Shown here piece by piece: positions 22,362 through 36,139 of a stretch of DNA of 64,000 nt. A model generated the notes under the pieces. That model saw only the letters and a program-made list of their open reading frames with translations. It was not told the DNA's origin and searched no databases. Position 1 is the stretch's first letter; every line of letters starts with the position of its first letter. This stretch comes from Nageia nagi (lineage: Eukaryota; Plantae; Pinophyta): contig JBITNC010000002.1 in assembly GCA_050084985.1 (NCBI GenBank), forward strand, positions 11,904,001 through 11,968,000, given 5' to 3'. Position numbers and translations under genes: made by a program.

Positions 22362-25300
22362 TGGACATGGAATGGTGCCTCAAGTGTCTTAGCAAACAAA
22401 GATAACGAATTCCTTGGCTTGTCTTCCATAAGGGTTTCTAGGGATCTTAGTTTCAATGCTCAGGTGAGTTCACAAGGAGAGCAATATTGGCATGCAACAA
22501 TGAAGACAGGTTTTTCCCTCTTTTATAGATATTTCTAGGGTTTTTCTAGGGCAACACCTTCAAGTGCCTAGGAATGTGTGCCTTTAGAGATGGGTGAGAT
22601 TTTCTAGGCATTCAGGCACACAACTCGAGGTCGACCGGCTCTTGGGAGGCTAGCGCAAGTGTTTTGGAAGTCAAAGGGGGTGTCTTGGTCAGGTTTTGCG
22701 CTTGGGTGAGAAGATGCAGGGCCAACGCATGTGTGGAGGGAGACAACCACATTATCTCCTGCTGCATTTGTGACAGGGATGAGGGATGTGAGCCTAGCAC
22801 AGATATGGAGGGGATCATGGAGGTTGTCCTCCTCCTGAATTGCGCCCAAAGGGAGGAAGCTCAACACAGTTTTGTCTTTAGTTGCCCGAAATACTCCTTC
22901 GATGCTCCAGGAAGGCTGGGGTAGATTCGAGAGAGGTAACCACCTCTGTCTTGGTATGCACTTGTGCTAGAAAGGGACATACAAGCTTGTTGCAAGTCCT
23001 CCAAGGGTCATGAGATGTGTCTTGATGTCCATTTGCATCGGGATATTGGCCAGGAATGCTCAACGCAAGTCCAAGGGAAGACAAAACTGGTGTCATGCCT
23101 TGGATATGTGCCTAAAAATGCTTCTTGAGTTCAGCGCAAGTCCCCCGGAAGATATGAAAGTTGTCTCTATTCGAACCAGCGCCCAAGGAAGACATTTTCC
23201 AGGCTTAGTCGAATTTCATCATTATTGCTCAAAATCATCTTTTGGAACCCTTGTGAAGTTGGTGCAATTCTGGGGTGTCATGAGGGGTGTCTTAGGCTAC
23301 ACTTGCGCCAAGAAAGCATGCATGAGTTGAGCGCACATTCGAGATGGGACAAGAGGTTTGTCTTCCTACAAACTTGCGCCAAGGCAAAAGGCGTTCTACA
23401 TTTAGCCAATTTTTTTCCTGTTGCTCAAAACGGCTATCTGGACCCTTTGGAAAGTTGGCGCAAATCTGGGAGGGGGCGTGGGTGTTGTCTCCTCAAAGAC
23501 ATGCGGTCGGCAATACCTTAGCCAAAATTTCAGTCCTCTCTCACCAGAAGTTCAACGTTGATCACCCTTCATCAATTCTTGTCTCCAACACCTCTTGGTC
23601 TCAAAACACCACCGGCTTGGTCACTCCTGCCAGATTACTCCTTGCCAAAATTTGAGGGTCCTCAAATTTGCTAGAAATTTGGGGCGTGTTGTGGAAGCCA
23701 CAACAATAGCTAAAACAAAAACAAAACAAAGAAAGTTAGAAAACAAAAATTTGGATGCACAGCAACATGCATCGTCCTCAGGGTATGAGCCTTTGTCGAC
23801 ACGTCACTCATGACTACATCGTCGATTTCATTAGAGTGAATGAACTCTCACTAGTCATTTGAATGATCATCGGGACACCTACGTTATCGGTCCAAGTCCG
23901 AGGACATTATGTTTTCTCCACACTAATCTACTTTGTACACTAAGCTCAGTTGCTCTCATGATGAGTCCCAATGGGTAGGCTTCATTGTTCTCTATCTTTT
24001 TTTTTTTTTTGTTTTCTCTACACTAAGCTACCATCCAAAGATCTCTTTTATTCTAGGGTCGAAGATCTTGTTTTGGTCCTCACCTCAATGAGTAGAAAGT
24101 GTATTTTCATCCCCATGTAACAAGCTTTTAAGATGGATAGGGAATTGTGACAAGAGTCTTACATACGCCCACAAGAAAGCAACGTGTTCATATGAGGGAT
24201 TCATCCTTACGAAAATCCTTCTCATGCATTGATATGAGCTTTTGGAAAATAAGAGCAAAGGATTTCCAACGATAGCCATCTCGCCATGCAAGACGCCATC
24301 TATCTTCTTTTGTGCAAGTATACTGATTTCATGAATGACCAACATCTGACCTCGACTCTTACTATCTACAACCTCCTTATTGCCAAAAGATGGAAAGTAT
24401 GAGCACTTGGGCCTAAGGATAGTAGGAATGTAAGGTTGGTAACACCTAGAATCAGGCTCAGGTTCTATTACCAGCTCAAATTGTCTTGTCACTGGTTCAG
24501 GTTTCATCTCCTTTGTTTCATCCCCACAATTCAAGGAGTAAATATCACTAGTATCAATGCCCATGTATACCCTCTCTTATGCATGAATAACAAGAGCATC
24601 CCTTATATCTTGATGTGATAGTTCTTGTGCCTGAATGAACAAGGAGTCTTCTATATCATCAAACTCCAAGCCAAGGGGCTCATCCATGAGAGATTTTGAT
24701 CTTATTGGGTCATGGTCTTCACTATGGATGATGCCCTCATCGTCAAGTCACACTACAGCTTGGCATATGGAATCCAATCCAGAGTATGCACGGCATGGCT
24801 CCTGTTGTGGGTTCAACTCTTGATGTGGATCACTATCACTGCTGCCTCCGTCCAACTGAGTTTGACTTAGTGGATTGTCGAGGCGTAAGTCATCAAGCGT
24901 CTCACCAGGCAAGGCTTCTTTGAGCTCTTTGAATTCTAGTTCTGGAAATAATTCCATTGAGGATGCTCACTCAACCTCCACCAATTCTCCATTCACACGT
25001 GAGGTTGATAATCCATCCGTGCTAGCACTCTGCTCTCCGACAATAGAAATCTCAGAGAGTGAGTTCTCACTGCTTGATTCAACATCCATCTCCAACCGTG
25101 GGTCATCCAAGGGTTGATAGTTGTCTCTGTGCTCCTGTTGCGAAATCGGCTCGTGATCATGTTCATATTCAGCATCATCCTCTTCCACACTTCATTGGTA
25201 GAACCATCCCACAATATGTCTACTCCTTGCCTCCATCTTCTTTTTTGTCTTCATCCACCAAGAGGGAGAGATATTCATGTTTTTCAAAGACATGTAACCA

Positions 25301-26739
25301 TGCTTTACCAAACATGACAAAGGCAACACCCGGAACATCAAGCACCCAAATGTACACAAAATATGAAGATGATGATCCCACAGGGCGCATAGAGACATTT
25401 TTTAGGATATCCAACATCTGAAATGCACTATCAACACAAATGGGGCCCTTCTCATCTAGTACTATTGGGACAAATCCAACATCCTTGCCGGCTTCATGTA
25501 TGGGTTCTGTTACCTTTTAGTCTTCCTCATAGGGACAATCGTTGACATTCTTTTTATCATTCTCGCGCATATGGGAGCTCGGAGAGTCAAGACCAATTAC
25601 AGCATCTACCCACCTTTTGCCAAGCTGGATCGGAGATAGACATGTATTCCTGGACAAGTTGACTGTGGTGAAGTCTAGGGATTATTGTTCTTTTGATCCA
25701 ACAATTTGCACACAAACGCCCTTTAGGCATCCCACTATGACTAATTCATCATCTTCATTCTCATCTTTAGTCGGAGGAGCAAATCTTGCCTCATAACAAG
25801 TCGTACTCATTATCACATTACCATCCAGATGGGTATCTATTATGCAATCTCGAAACGCTTTCCCTTGGAGGCGTAGAGACAGCTTCTATATCTTGTGCTC
25901 TTTCTTCTCCTCTTGGGCGACTTCTTCATGATGGCCTAGACATTCCTGTGCCAACTTGTGTAGCACATGACATTGAAAGGGTTGCTTTGTCTCTTGGGAC
26001 TGATCCCTTTTACATGCTACTTGGTTTGGAGTAGGTCGTGGAGGAGGTATATGGAAATCTTGTTGAGGTCTTTTGTCCATCATTTGCTCTGGATCATTCC
26101 TCAATCTCCCTAAGGCATCCTTTAGCTGATCCAGTTCTTCGCTTTGCGTACAGTGTTCCACTTCGTAGCACATTCTCCATAGTCTTTCAGTAAAGCATTC
26201 GAATACATCGGATTTGGGAGTACTGGGTAAGCTCATAAGACTTTCAGGGTGTTCAAGGATGGAATGAGCCACTTGTATTGGTGTAACCTGATTGTTCATG
26301 TGCCTCCATGTGTCAGATTGGGCTTGACACATTGGTTGCATTGGCCATATCTAATGATTGGAGTTCAAGTTTTGGACCAGTAGGTGTTGTATTACTGAAT
26401 TCAAATTGGTGATCCCTCCCATGTGAGGTTGTTACAGGGTTGAATTCGAATATGCTTGGTAACTTATATGAGGTGGTACATATGTAGGCGAAGCATATGG
26501 TTGTCCTTGAGAGTTCCATTGTATACTTGCCAACCACCATGGCGTTGCTGCCATGATTGTACAATACAATGGTTACAAAAACCATCAAAGACTGTGTCTC
26601 TAGGACTCAGAGTGTGTTCTTGGGGTGTCCTGGTGAGCAAGGCTTGGACCCTTGTTTGGTATATGCATGCGCTTAAGGACCCAAGTGAAAAGGAAAACAA
26701 AAAAGAAACAACTCTCACTACAAACAAAGACAATTCAGT

Positions 26740-26756
26740 CCCTCCTTCTAGCGCCA
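26740..26756 (-). other. Primer-binding site complementary to the tRNA-Asn(GTT) 3' end
   Basis: TGGCGCTAGAAGGAGGG on minus, 5 nt inside the 5' LTR; complements plant tRNA-Asn ...CCCTCCTTCTAGCGCCA (recalled sequence). Confidence 0.8.
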
Positions 26757-28015
26757 ATTTATGTTCGAGCGTTTTTCTTTCCTACCCTACAAATAGGCAA
26801 ATAGGCTTGCAAGGCTTATGAAAGGAACCAACACCTAGGTGGAAGGGTGTGATCCCTACCCGCTATGAGGACTACAACCTCAAAGGTCTTGTGAAATGGG
26901 TGTGCAAGAATTGACTCAGGAGACTGGTTACAATATTTGAAACTGACACCAACTCAAATAAAATTTGTTAACCAAGGACTCGGATTGTCTTCATATATAG
27001 ACAAGGGTTGTTTCTAAAACAAAGTAAATAAATTAGGGGTGTGAAAGCCGTAGAAAAAAAGTGTAAACTAAAAGAGAAATAGGAGGGGAGATTGAAATGA
27101 TTAAAGGCACATGAGTTCAACTCTTTGCATCAAGCTCCACCGACGAATACATTGTCTAAAAGCCAAGTTCCTTCGAGTTTCTTTTGAGTTCCATGCACCC
27201 ACATATCCTTTCATTCTTGTCAGATTACACAAAGGGTCTAGCCAACAACACTAATGGTCAAGTGAAGGGAGCATGCATCTATAGGACAAAGATGACACTC
27301 TCAAGATGTGGATGAAGTTCACACGCTAAACGCCATAGAGGAATCCACTTTCAAAGTTATACAAGTCTAGCTGCATTCTATGAACAATCATTGATCATGC
27401 ATCACATTCAACACTTCAAAGAGATATTCAACCACTCTTTCACCCACCCCTCAAGGAGTTTGTAAAATGTTCCAAGCATCTAAGCAATACACATCAATGA
27501 CTAACAATCACATGTCCAAGTTCATAATACCATAAAATGGAGTTATGTAATTTTCATTTCAAAGATCATGCCACATTCACATTAGACATGTGAGAAATAG
27601 AAAGAATTACTCTACTCGTCTAGTTGCAAAATGTTCAAAGTTCCATTCTCAAAAATTCCTCTCGTACAAATGAGCCCTCTAGCACTATTTATAGTTTTGC
27701 AAGGCAACCCTAAGTGTTGCCCTAACCCTAACTAATATAAAATTATTAAAATATCATCAATCCAATCAAAAATTTGCCACATGACCACCAAATTAAGTCC
27801 AACACTTGTTGGAGCAAATCCTCATCCGTCACAAGGCTTTAACAAAATTTTATAGAATTTGAGGTCCAAAATACTGACTTATGCAAAACTAAAATAAAAT
27901 TAAAAGATTGCATCCAAGATGCAATCGACTTCCATCAACTAGCATTCATGAGTCCATCAGTTGCTCCTCCATTCACGACGCTTGTCTTTGAGTCATTTCC
28001 ACCCGCTAGTTCCAG

Positions 28016-28462
28016 TTATGCTTGTCCCTGAGTGGTCTCCTCCTCTTGTGGAGGGCATGGCTTTAGAAGTATGATCTCCTCTTCAAGGCCTATCTTCCTC
28101 TGGCTCTCTTCCAGCTCCCTGGCCATCCTAGTGATGTCCCTAATCCGCTTTGCTCCAGTGGTCTTGACCTTGTCGATTTCAATCTTCAATGTCTGAGTCT
28201 CCACATCCTTGGATTTCTTCGGGTCCTTGTTCAGGAAGACTCTGGTCACAAACAGTGTGTTGTTGACCTTGAAGACGAAGCGACTTACATGGTGAATCTT
28301 CATGGACTCATCCTTCACCCTTTGGCTGGGTGCCTCATGTAGTGCCCTCATCATAGCTGCAAGGTCAAAGGTGAGCTTTGTCCTTGGTGGGGCTTCATCA
28401 ACGATCATTGCCCCCTCCAACTTGACCTTTTCCCCCCGTGTCTTACAATTCATCTCCGCCAT
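28016..28462 (-). pseudogene. LTR-embedded hypothetical protein, 5' LTR copy (stop after 148 aa)
   Basis: Colinear with 21831-22361 without indels until a TAC>TAA change. Confidence 0.5.
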
Positions 28463-29801
28463 TGGACGTGGAATGGTGCCTCAAGTGTCTTAGCAAACGG
28501 AGATAAGGAATTCCTTGGCTTGTCTTCTGAAAAGGTTTCTAGGGGTCTTAGTTTCAATGCTCAAATGAGTTCACAAGGAGAGAGCAATATTGGCATGCAG
28601 CAATGAAGACGAATCTTGCCCTTTTTTATAGATATTTCTAGGGTTTTGCCTAGGCAACACCTTCAAGTGCCTAGGGATGTGTGCCTTCAGAGATGGGTAC
28701 AATTTTCTATGCATTTTGGGACACAACTCGAGGTCGACCAGCTCCTGGGAGGCTGGTGCAGGTGTTCTGGGAGTCAAAGGGGGTGTCTTGGTCCAGTTTT
28801 GCACTTGGGTGAGAAGAGGCAAGGCCAGCGCATGTGTGGGGGGTGACAAGAATGTTGTCTCCTACTGCATTTGCACCAGGGATCAGGGATGTGAGCCCAG
28901 CACAGATATGGAGGGGGTCATCCCGACTTGCGCCCAAAGGGAGGATGCTCAACACTTAGCCAATTTCATCTTTAGTTGCTCGAAATACTCTTTTGATGCT
29001 CCTGGAAGGCTAGCACAAATTAGAAAGAGGTCAACCTCTATCTTGGTGTGCACTTGTGTTGGAAAGGGGCATACAGGCTTGATGCAAGTCCTCCAAGGGT
29101 TATGACGTGTGTCTTGATGTTCATATGCATTGGGATATTGGCCAAGAATGCCCAACGCAAGTCCAAGGGAAGATAAAACTAGTGGCTTGCCTTGGATATG
29201 CACCCGAAAGTGCTTCTTGAGTTCGATGCAAATCCTCCGAAAGATATGAAAGTTGTCCCTGTCCAAACATGCGCCCAAGGAAGACATGTTCCAGGCTTAG
29301 TCGAATTTCATCATTTTTGCTCAAAATCATCTTCTAGAACCCTTATGAAGTTGGTGCAAGTTTGGGGTGAGTCATGAGGAGTGTCTTAGGCAACACTTGC
29401 ATTAGGAAAGCATGCATGAGTTGAGTGCACATCTGGGATGGGACAAGAGGTTTGTCTTCCTACAGATTTACACCAAGGCAAAAGGCGTTCCAAACTCAGC
29501 CAAATTTTCTTCCTACTGCTCGAAAACGGCTATGTGGACCCTTAGGAAAGTTGGCGCAAGTTTGGGAGGGGACGTGGGTGTTGTTTCCTCAAAGACATAC
29601 ACTCGACAATACCTTAGCCAAAATTTCGGTCATCTATCACCAGAATTTCAACGTTGATCACCCTTCATCAATTTTGGTACCCAATGCCTCTTGGTCTCAA
29701 AACACCACCAACTTGGTCACTCTTGCTAGATGACTCCTTGCCAAAATTTGAGGGTCCCCAAATTTGCTAGAAATTTGGAGCGTGTTGTGGAAGCCACAAC
29801 A

Positions 29802-30560
29802 GGAACATATTGAAAGGGTTCAGACTCTCCTTCCCCATCATATGATCCAATATTGTCCCCAGTGAACTGTTTAGGCTAAATTCTCTAACCAATCACTGTC
29901 TCTAGAGCATTTTCAAGATAGTCTTCCACCTCCATAGACTTGGATGTACGGGTTACAATATGATGGTGATTTGGCCTTCTAAGTTGGTAGCCACCGAAGA
30001 TTATGTAAACAGAGGTGAGATTGGTCCTTCAAGGCTTGCCTCTCCTCCACTCCACTAGGATCTCTATAGATATATTTTGTCCTTTCAAATACTCCTTGAA
30101 TGACCCTCCTCAAATTCTACCAAATGAAGAAACAAGATAATAAAGCAATTAAAGAAGACATCTATCAATGACATATTCAGCTGCATGTAAATTCCTCCTC
30201 CCATCCTCTTAATTCCAAATCAGCTTTTCATGTTCAGCATTTTTTGCAGATTAAGGACAATATCATTACTTGACTATGTTTAACTGCACTGGACTCATGA
30301 GCTTTGACATCCCCTCAAAAAGATATTCAATAGGTATTTGCTTATTTCAAGATGAGGTCTGACATCTCAACTTTGTTTTTTTTGGGAAAAGAGGTGCCTC
30401 ATTTTGGATGCTTTTGTTAGTTGTTTCTCCTTAACAACACATCTTTGCACATCAATATAGAGTGACCATTATAGCATTCTTTTCTCCTCAGATATGCCTG
30501 CCATATTGATGGAAATGGTGAATTAGTCAACCACTTTTCAAACACAAAGACTTGCTATGA
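29802..30560 (+). mobile_element. LINE remnant, 3' part
   Basis: Direct continuation across the TSD, with a degraded ORF2 C-terminus. End approximate. Confidence 0.6.
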
Positions 30561-30842
30561 CTCATACATAGCTTGTGCCAGCTATTATCTATATGATTGG
30601 CTCAAGTCCTTGGGTATAGATTGGTAATTAATAAGATTATTCCGTTAATAAAAATAGAAGATAGGCTCATAATCATATTATATGTCTCATTATATATCAA
30701 AAATTTGGATTCTTTCAAATATTGAAGGCTGCCTGTCAAGGAAGAATCAATTTTCATTTAGTAATTGTGTTTTTCTTCACTTATTGCATTAATATTTGCA
30801 TATTGTGAATCTATTGTTATTGCTTTTATCCAAGGTGGGTCA

Positions 30843-33800
30843 TGTAATATTCCCAATTATTCCTTGTCCTAAAATTATTAAGCAATGAACAGAAAAATGG
30901 ACAAGATAAAACATTCACACCATAAAATATGCCAACGCACAAACAATAATGGAGAATAAATGCCAACGTCTCAATATTAAGCATGAAATGAGCAAGTTAC
31001 AACCAAATAGGCCCAAGAGGGCTGACATCTGGTTCAAGGGACCAAATCTATGGCATACACTCCTCAAATGTTGATGTCTCTCTGCTAGGGCCTTCAACCC
31101 CTGGATTTTACTGCAACCTTAGATTAAACTAAGGGTTTGCATCCTCAACCAATAGCCTAGTAAGGGCTACATCCCACTATGCTCTTCTTCACATTAGGTT
31201 TGCGTCCAATGAGAGGTGCAAGAGATGGCGTTGCCACTACAAAGATAGAAGATGTCAAATGTACTCAAGATGCCTCCTTAATCCTGCACCAGCCATATAA
31301 ATAGGAATCCCTCAAGGATGGGCACTCACACACACCTCAAGGTGATGTCATGCTTGGGCGTGCAAATTGTGCCTTGGGATCACTCCAAATCATGTGCCTA
31401 GCCTCTAATCGTGTGTTGTGCCTTGGGATCCTTATCATGACACTTAAATGCTCCTAATCTATCCTTAGGAGTGAGACGTCCTACTTTGGGGCCCACAATT
31501 GGTCCATGGGACTCATGTCTCCTATCCCAAGTTACAATGATGCCCAAGTCATATGCAATAAATAAATAAACACTCCTAATTACAAAAGTACTCTTAAAAG
31601 AGATGTCCCTTGAAAGGGAATGTTACAGTCCTCTCTTCCCGAAATTGCTTGACCCTAAGAAAAACAAGATTATTGCGTCCCGTCAACTCTGCTAGGTGTT
31701 GAAAGTTTGTCTTCAACACATAATTGGCAACATCAAGATTCATACATGTTGTGATTGAATTCTGAAGTGCCATCTTCATCATGTTGTCTTCATTCATCAT
31801 GTTCTTCAATGAGCATATATGAAATCTACTAACTCATGTCTAGATTCCATATGAGAATATATGAAATCTACTAACTCATGTCTCCTGTGCTTTGCTCTAA
31901 TGTCGGACGGATCATCATCTGTGGTAACAAGGGAAGTGATGACTCGTCTCACTAACTCCATGCCATCGAAAAAGCACATAATTTTCCAACATGCACCAAC
32001 GTTTGGCAAAAAGATTGCTAATGTTGGGTCTTTACCCATGCCTACAAGAGACCTCGTCCATTCGTCCTCAGAATGAACTCCTATCTCAGACATCCATGTA
32101 GTACCTCCTAGATGTGAGGTTGCCATATTCCCCCCCCCAGTGCAGCCCATGGAGAATGATAAGGAATGCCCACGATTGCACAAAGAGACTCCCAAATTGT
32201 AGCAATCATGATACTACCAAACGATGTCCGTAAATTGGCCTCATCTTGAAGGCCTCCACTCCTATTGTGAAAGTTTCTCCAAGTAATCTTGAAGAAAATC
32301 ATTAATGTACCTCTTACAATAGCCAACAGCATAGGAACACGGACACTTGCCACCTTGCCAATCATCAATGCATGCCCCATGCATGCCTCCTAGTGACCAA
32401 GTTGCCTTCCAAAGGAACAAACACTAGGGGAAGGTCAGCAACAGTCTTCAAAACCCCCATTGGTTGTGAAGAAGCCACAACCACCAAGCATATGCCCCCT
32501 ATCCTTTCTAATATGGACGTTGAGGGTACTACAATCACCTCATCGTTTCAAACCTTTTTCTGGACTCTATCATGAACCAAACTCCAAATATAGTTAGAAA
32601 TCAACAAGACAAATATATCATGTGAGTCATACCTTTTGCCAAGGCCTTTATGATCAACCCATGCAACATCCAAATGAGCCAAAGGATGGACGAAATGTAT
32701 CAAGGAAGAAATTGGCTACTCCAACCCCATAAATCTATTTTCCTCTATGCCTCCCAACACCTGACATCCTTCTTCTATTGACTCCTCATCACCTCGTGAC
32801 CCTTCCCATGCACATCCTTTCTTGGTAGGTGTGGCGTCTTCATGATCTAGCCGTCCACTTCCTTACACCACCTCCAAATGACAGGATGATGCTTGGGGAA
32901 AGTAGTCCTTGATGCCTTGCAATGAATTCTCCTTCCCTTCTACCTCAAACTTCATCACCAACTTCTATTAGTTTGAGCAAATATCACCCAAATTGTACAA
33001 CTATTGAACTCCCAAAATCAAATGTGAAATGCCATCCAAGGGGTAGATGTAGAAATCCTCTCTAGCCACATAGTCTTGGACTTTCACGCCAAATTTCTCC
33101 ACAATTTTGTCTACTAGCATAAACTTCCCATTGGTGTTGGTCACGCAAAAGCCCTCAAACTCCTTGGTCTTGAGGCCCTTTTTCCTCACAAAGTCCTCAT
33201 CAATGAAGTTGTGTGTGGCTCCCGGATCTATCAATACCATCACTTCCTGATCGGTAACCATCTCTTTGAAGTTTGACCTTTAGCGTGAAGTATTTCGTCA
33301 CTCAACAAAGTGATGCAATCATCCCTCCAATTTTGTTATTGTCGTCCATAGTAGAAAGTTCTTGTTGCAAACTCAATTCTTCCAAATCTAGCTCCAAGTC
33401 TGAATCATCATCCTCCAAGATCACCTCAACGTAATGGACTTGTTCCTTGCCCAAACATTTGTGGCCACGCTCCCATGGTTGCGTGTAACTAAAGCATAGG
33501 TTTTTCTTACTTAGCTCATTCCTAGACTCAAGCTTGCCTTGCTCTCTCTTCACATTTGGCTTCCCTTGGCAGGTAGAGGTCCCATCTCCAACATCCCCCT
33601 CCCAAACATCCCCATCCTTGGTGGTATGGCTACTTTGGCCCTCATCATGCCAAGCTCCATATCCAACACTCTCTTGATGGCATCTTATAGCTGTGTAGGG
33701 GAGAAGGCCTTGACTAAACCCCCCAGCGACTCTACCAACCTTTCTGTGAAGAGGAAAGTGACCATCTTCTCTAAGATGCTAGGAACCATTACTACGATTC

Positions 33801-35804
33801 ATTGGAATTTTGCCACATACTCCTCCACAGATCCTCTTTGCTTCACTGTCATCGAGTACTTTAAATAATCATTCTCATCCTTCCTATCAAGTCGATCCAT
33901 CATCCTTCGCCTGAACACATTAAATGAGGTAATTGCTCCATGACCTTGCGTGGTCATGCCATGCTACCACCATTCATACGCTATGCCATCTAAGTGCAAG
34001 GTGGAAAACCGTATGGCATCCTCCTCCATCATGGGAATATGTTTGTAGCTTCTATAGCCATGCCCTAGCCATCATCTTGTTGCTCCCATCGAACAAGGGC
34101 ACCTGCATCCTACTCAGTCGTTGTTGTAGATCTCTCCTATCCTCCCAAGATCCACCATGCGTATGACTCCCACTAGCCTTTTTCCCAAAAATTTCAAATA
34201 CATGGAGAAAGTCACATTGCTCTTGAACTTTGATGTGTTCAAGGAATACTCCCAATACAATTGGTTGAGCTCCAATGGTGAAATAGTGCTTGTGTTGACT
34301 TCCTGTCGTGGTAGAAACATGGGTTTGTTGGGACATGGCAATGGTGGAGGTGTTGTAGTTGTCTTCAAGGCGTCCCTCTCCAAGAATCTTTCCCACAGTA
34401 GTTCACCCACTAAGGGATCTCTGGTAGATCCAATTTTGAACATGGAATACCCTCCATCGTCCACCATTCTAGTAGACCGAGATCTCTGGAAAACAAGTTC
34501 TCTCTGTTCAAACCCTGGGCCATCTTGTTGAAGCCCTAAGCCTCTGGATCTATGTAGGAAATCCTCCTCTCCGGAATCTCTCTCATGAAATCTATGCAAA
34601 GATGCTTCCCCTCCTAGCTCCTTCTCACGAAAAGAGACAGATCTCTATGTATGGGGCATCTTAGGGCTTCCTCCAAGCCCCACGTTCCTCTCCTACGCCT
34701 CCCTTTTGGTTGCGTACTCATTCTATAGCTACATCTAATCTGCAATTGTCTTCATCATGGAAAGTAGATCATCAAACTTCTTCTTGGTCAGATCCTTGGG
34801 TGGGATCCCTCTTTCTTCATGCACTTCTTCCTCCTCATACGCATGCTCTAGTTCATTCATCCAACTCTGTCAAGCTGAATCTCCATATTTCCTCCCTGCA
34901 TCCTCCTTGGATTTGGTCTGAGAAGCCATGTGAGACTTGTTTCCCTTTTATCTTTGGTAAACTTTCTCAACTAACTACATCCAAGAACCTTCCTACAAGA
35001 TGGTAGGATTATAGCTTTAATACCACTGTAATATTCCCAATTATTCCTTGTCCCAAATTATTAAGCAATGAACAGAAAAACGGACAAGATCAAAAATTTA
35101 AACCATAAATATGCCAACACACAAACAATAATGGAGGATAAATGCCAACGTCTCAATATTAAGCATGAAATGAGCAAGTTACAACCAAATAGGTCCAAGC
35201 GGGCTGATGCCTCACTCAAGAGACCAGATCTAGGGTATACACTGCTCAAATGTTGACGTCTCACTGATAGGGCCTTCAACCCCTGGATCTAACTGCAACT
35301 CTAGATTGAACTAAAGGTTTGCGGCGTCGACCAATAGCCTAGTAAGGGCTACATCCCACTATGCTCTTCTCCACACTAAGTTTGCGTCCAATGAGAGGCC
35401 CAAGAGATGGCACTGCCACTCCAAAGATAGAAGATGTCAAATGTACTAAAGAATCCAAGATGCCTCCTCAATCCTACGCCAGCCATATAAATAGTAATCC
35501 CTCAAGGTTAGGCGCTCACACACCCCTCAAGATGACATCATGCTTGGGCATCCAAATTGTGCCTCGGGATCAATCCAAACAATGAGTCTAGCCTCTAATC
35601 ATGTGTTGTGCATTGGAATCTGTATCATGACACTTAAATGCTCCTAATCTATCCTTAGGAAGGAGCTAATAATTGATCCATGGAACCGATATGTCTCCTA
35701 TCCCAAGTTACAATGATGCCTAAGTACATATGCAATAAATAAATAAACACTCCTAATTACAAAAGTACTACTAAAAGGGATGTCCCTTGAAAGGAAATGT
35801 TACA
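30843..35804 (-). mobile_element. Complete non-autonomous Ty3/gypsy gag-protease element, TR-GAG type (element B)
   Basis: LTRs 30843-31627 and 35027-35804; perfect TSD GGTCA; degenerate Met PBS 35014-35025; PPT GGGAAGAGAGG at 31630-31640; gag (MQVPLFDGSNKMMARAWL), knuckle (LCFSYTQPWERGHKC), protease (LIDPGATHNFID). No RT or integrase. Confidence 0.9.
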
Positions 35805-36139
35805 GGTCATAACAAGCATTAGGCCATTCTAGAAGGACTTCAAATAATATGCTCTACAAATGATAAAACTGAATATTGAAATTCTGTCACTGTACATTAA
35901 AGGAATTTTAGTTTATTGTATAGAAATATAAACATGTACTTATTGATCCTTCATATATATGTTCTGACATACTGTAATTAAGATGGAAAAGATAGGTTCT
36001 TGTTGTCAATATGGATGGATAACTAAAAATAAACCTGTCAGTTGCAAGATTGACTAGCCCATCAAATTTGTCCCTGATAAGAAGCATCTCCAATTTTGTT
36101 CAAATAGAAACTACAGCTTTACATTACATGATCATGCAT

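Larger units (their letters stand above)
20629..29801 (-). mobile_element. Complete non-autonomous large-LTR retrotransposon (LARD-like; non-chromovirus Ty3/gypsy, Athila/Tat-type PBS)
   Basis: LTRs 20629-23705 (3077 bp) and 26762-29801 (3040 bp), TG...CA; TSD GAAAC/GGAAC; about 3-kb internal region with gag-like and knuckle remnants only, no RT or integrase motifs. Confidence 0.88.

Noticed and set aside
22604-23813. Many overlapping 70-110 aa ORFs in the large LTRs
   Set aside because: Frames are not preserved between the two LTR copies; by-products of GC-richer U3 sequence.
26740-26756. tRNA-Asn gene
   Set aside because: Only 17 nt matching the tRNA 3' end including CCA, next to an LTR: a PBS, not a gene.
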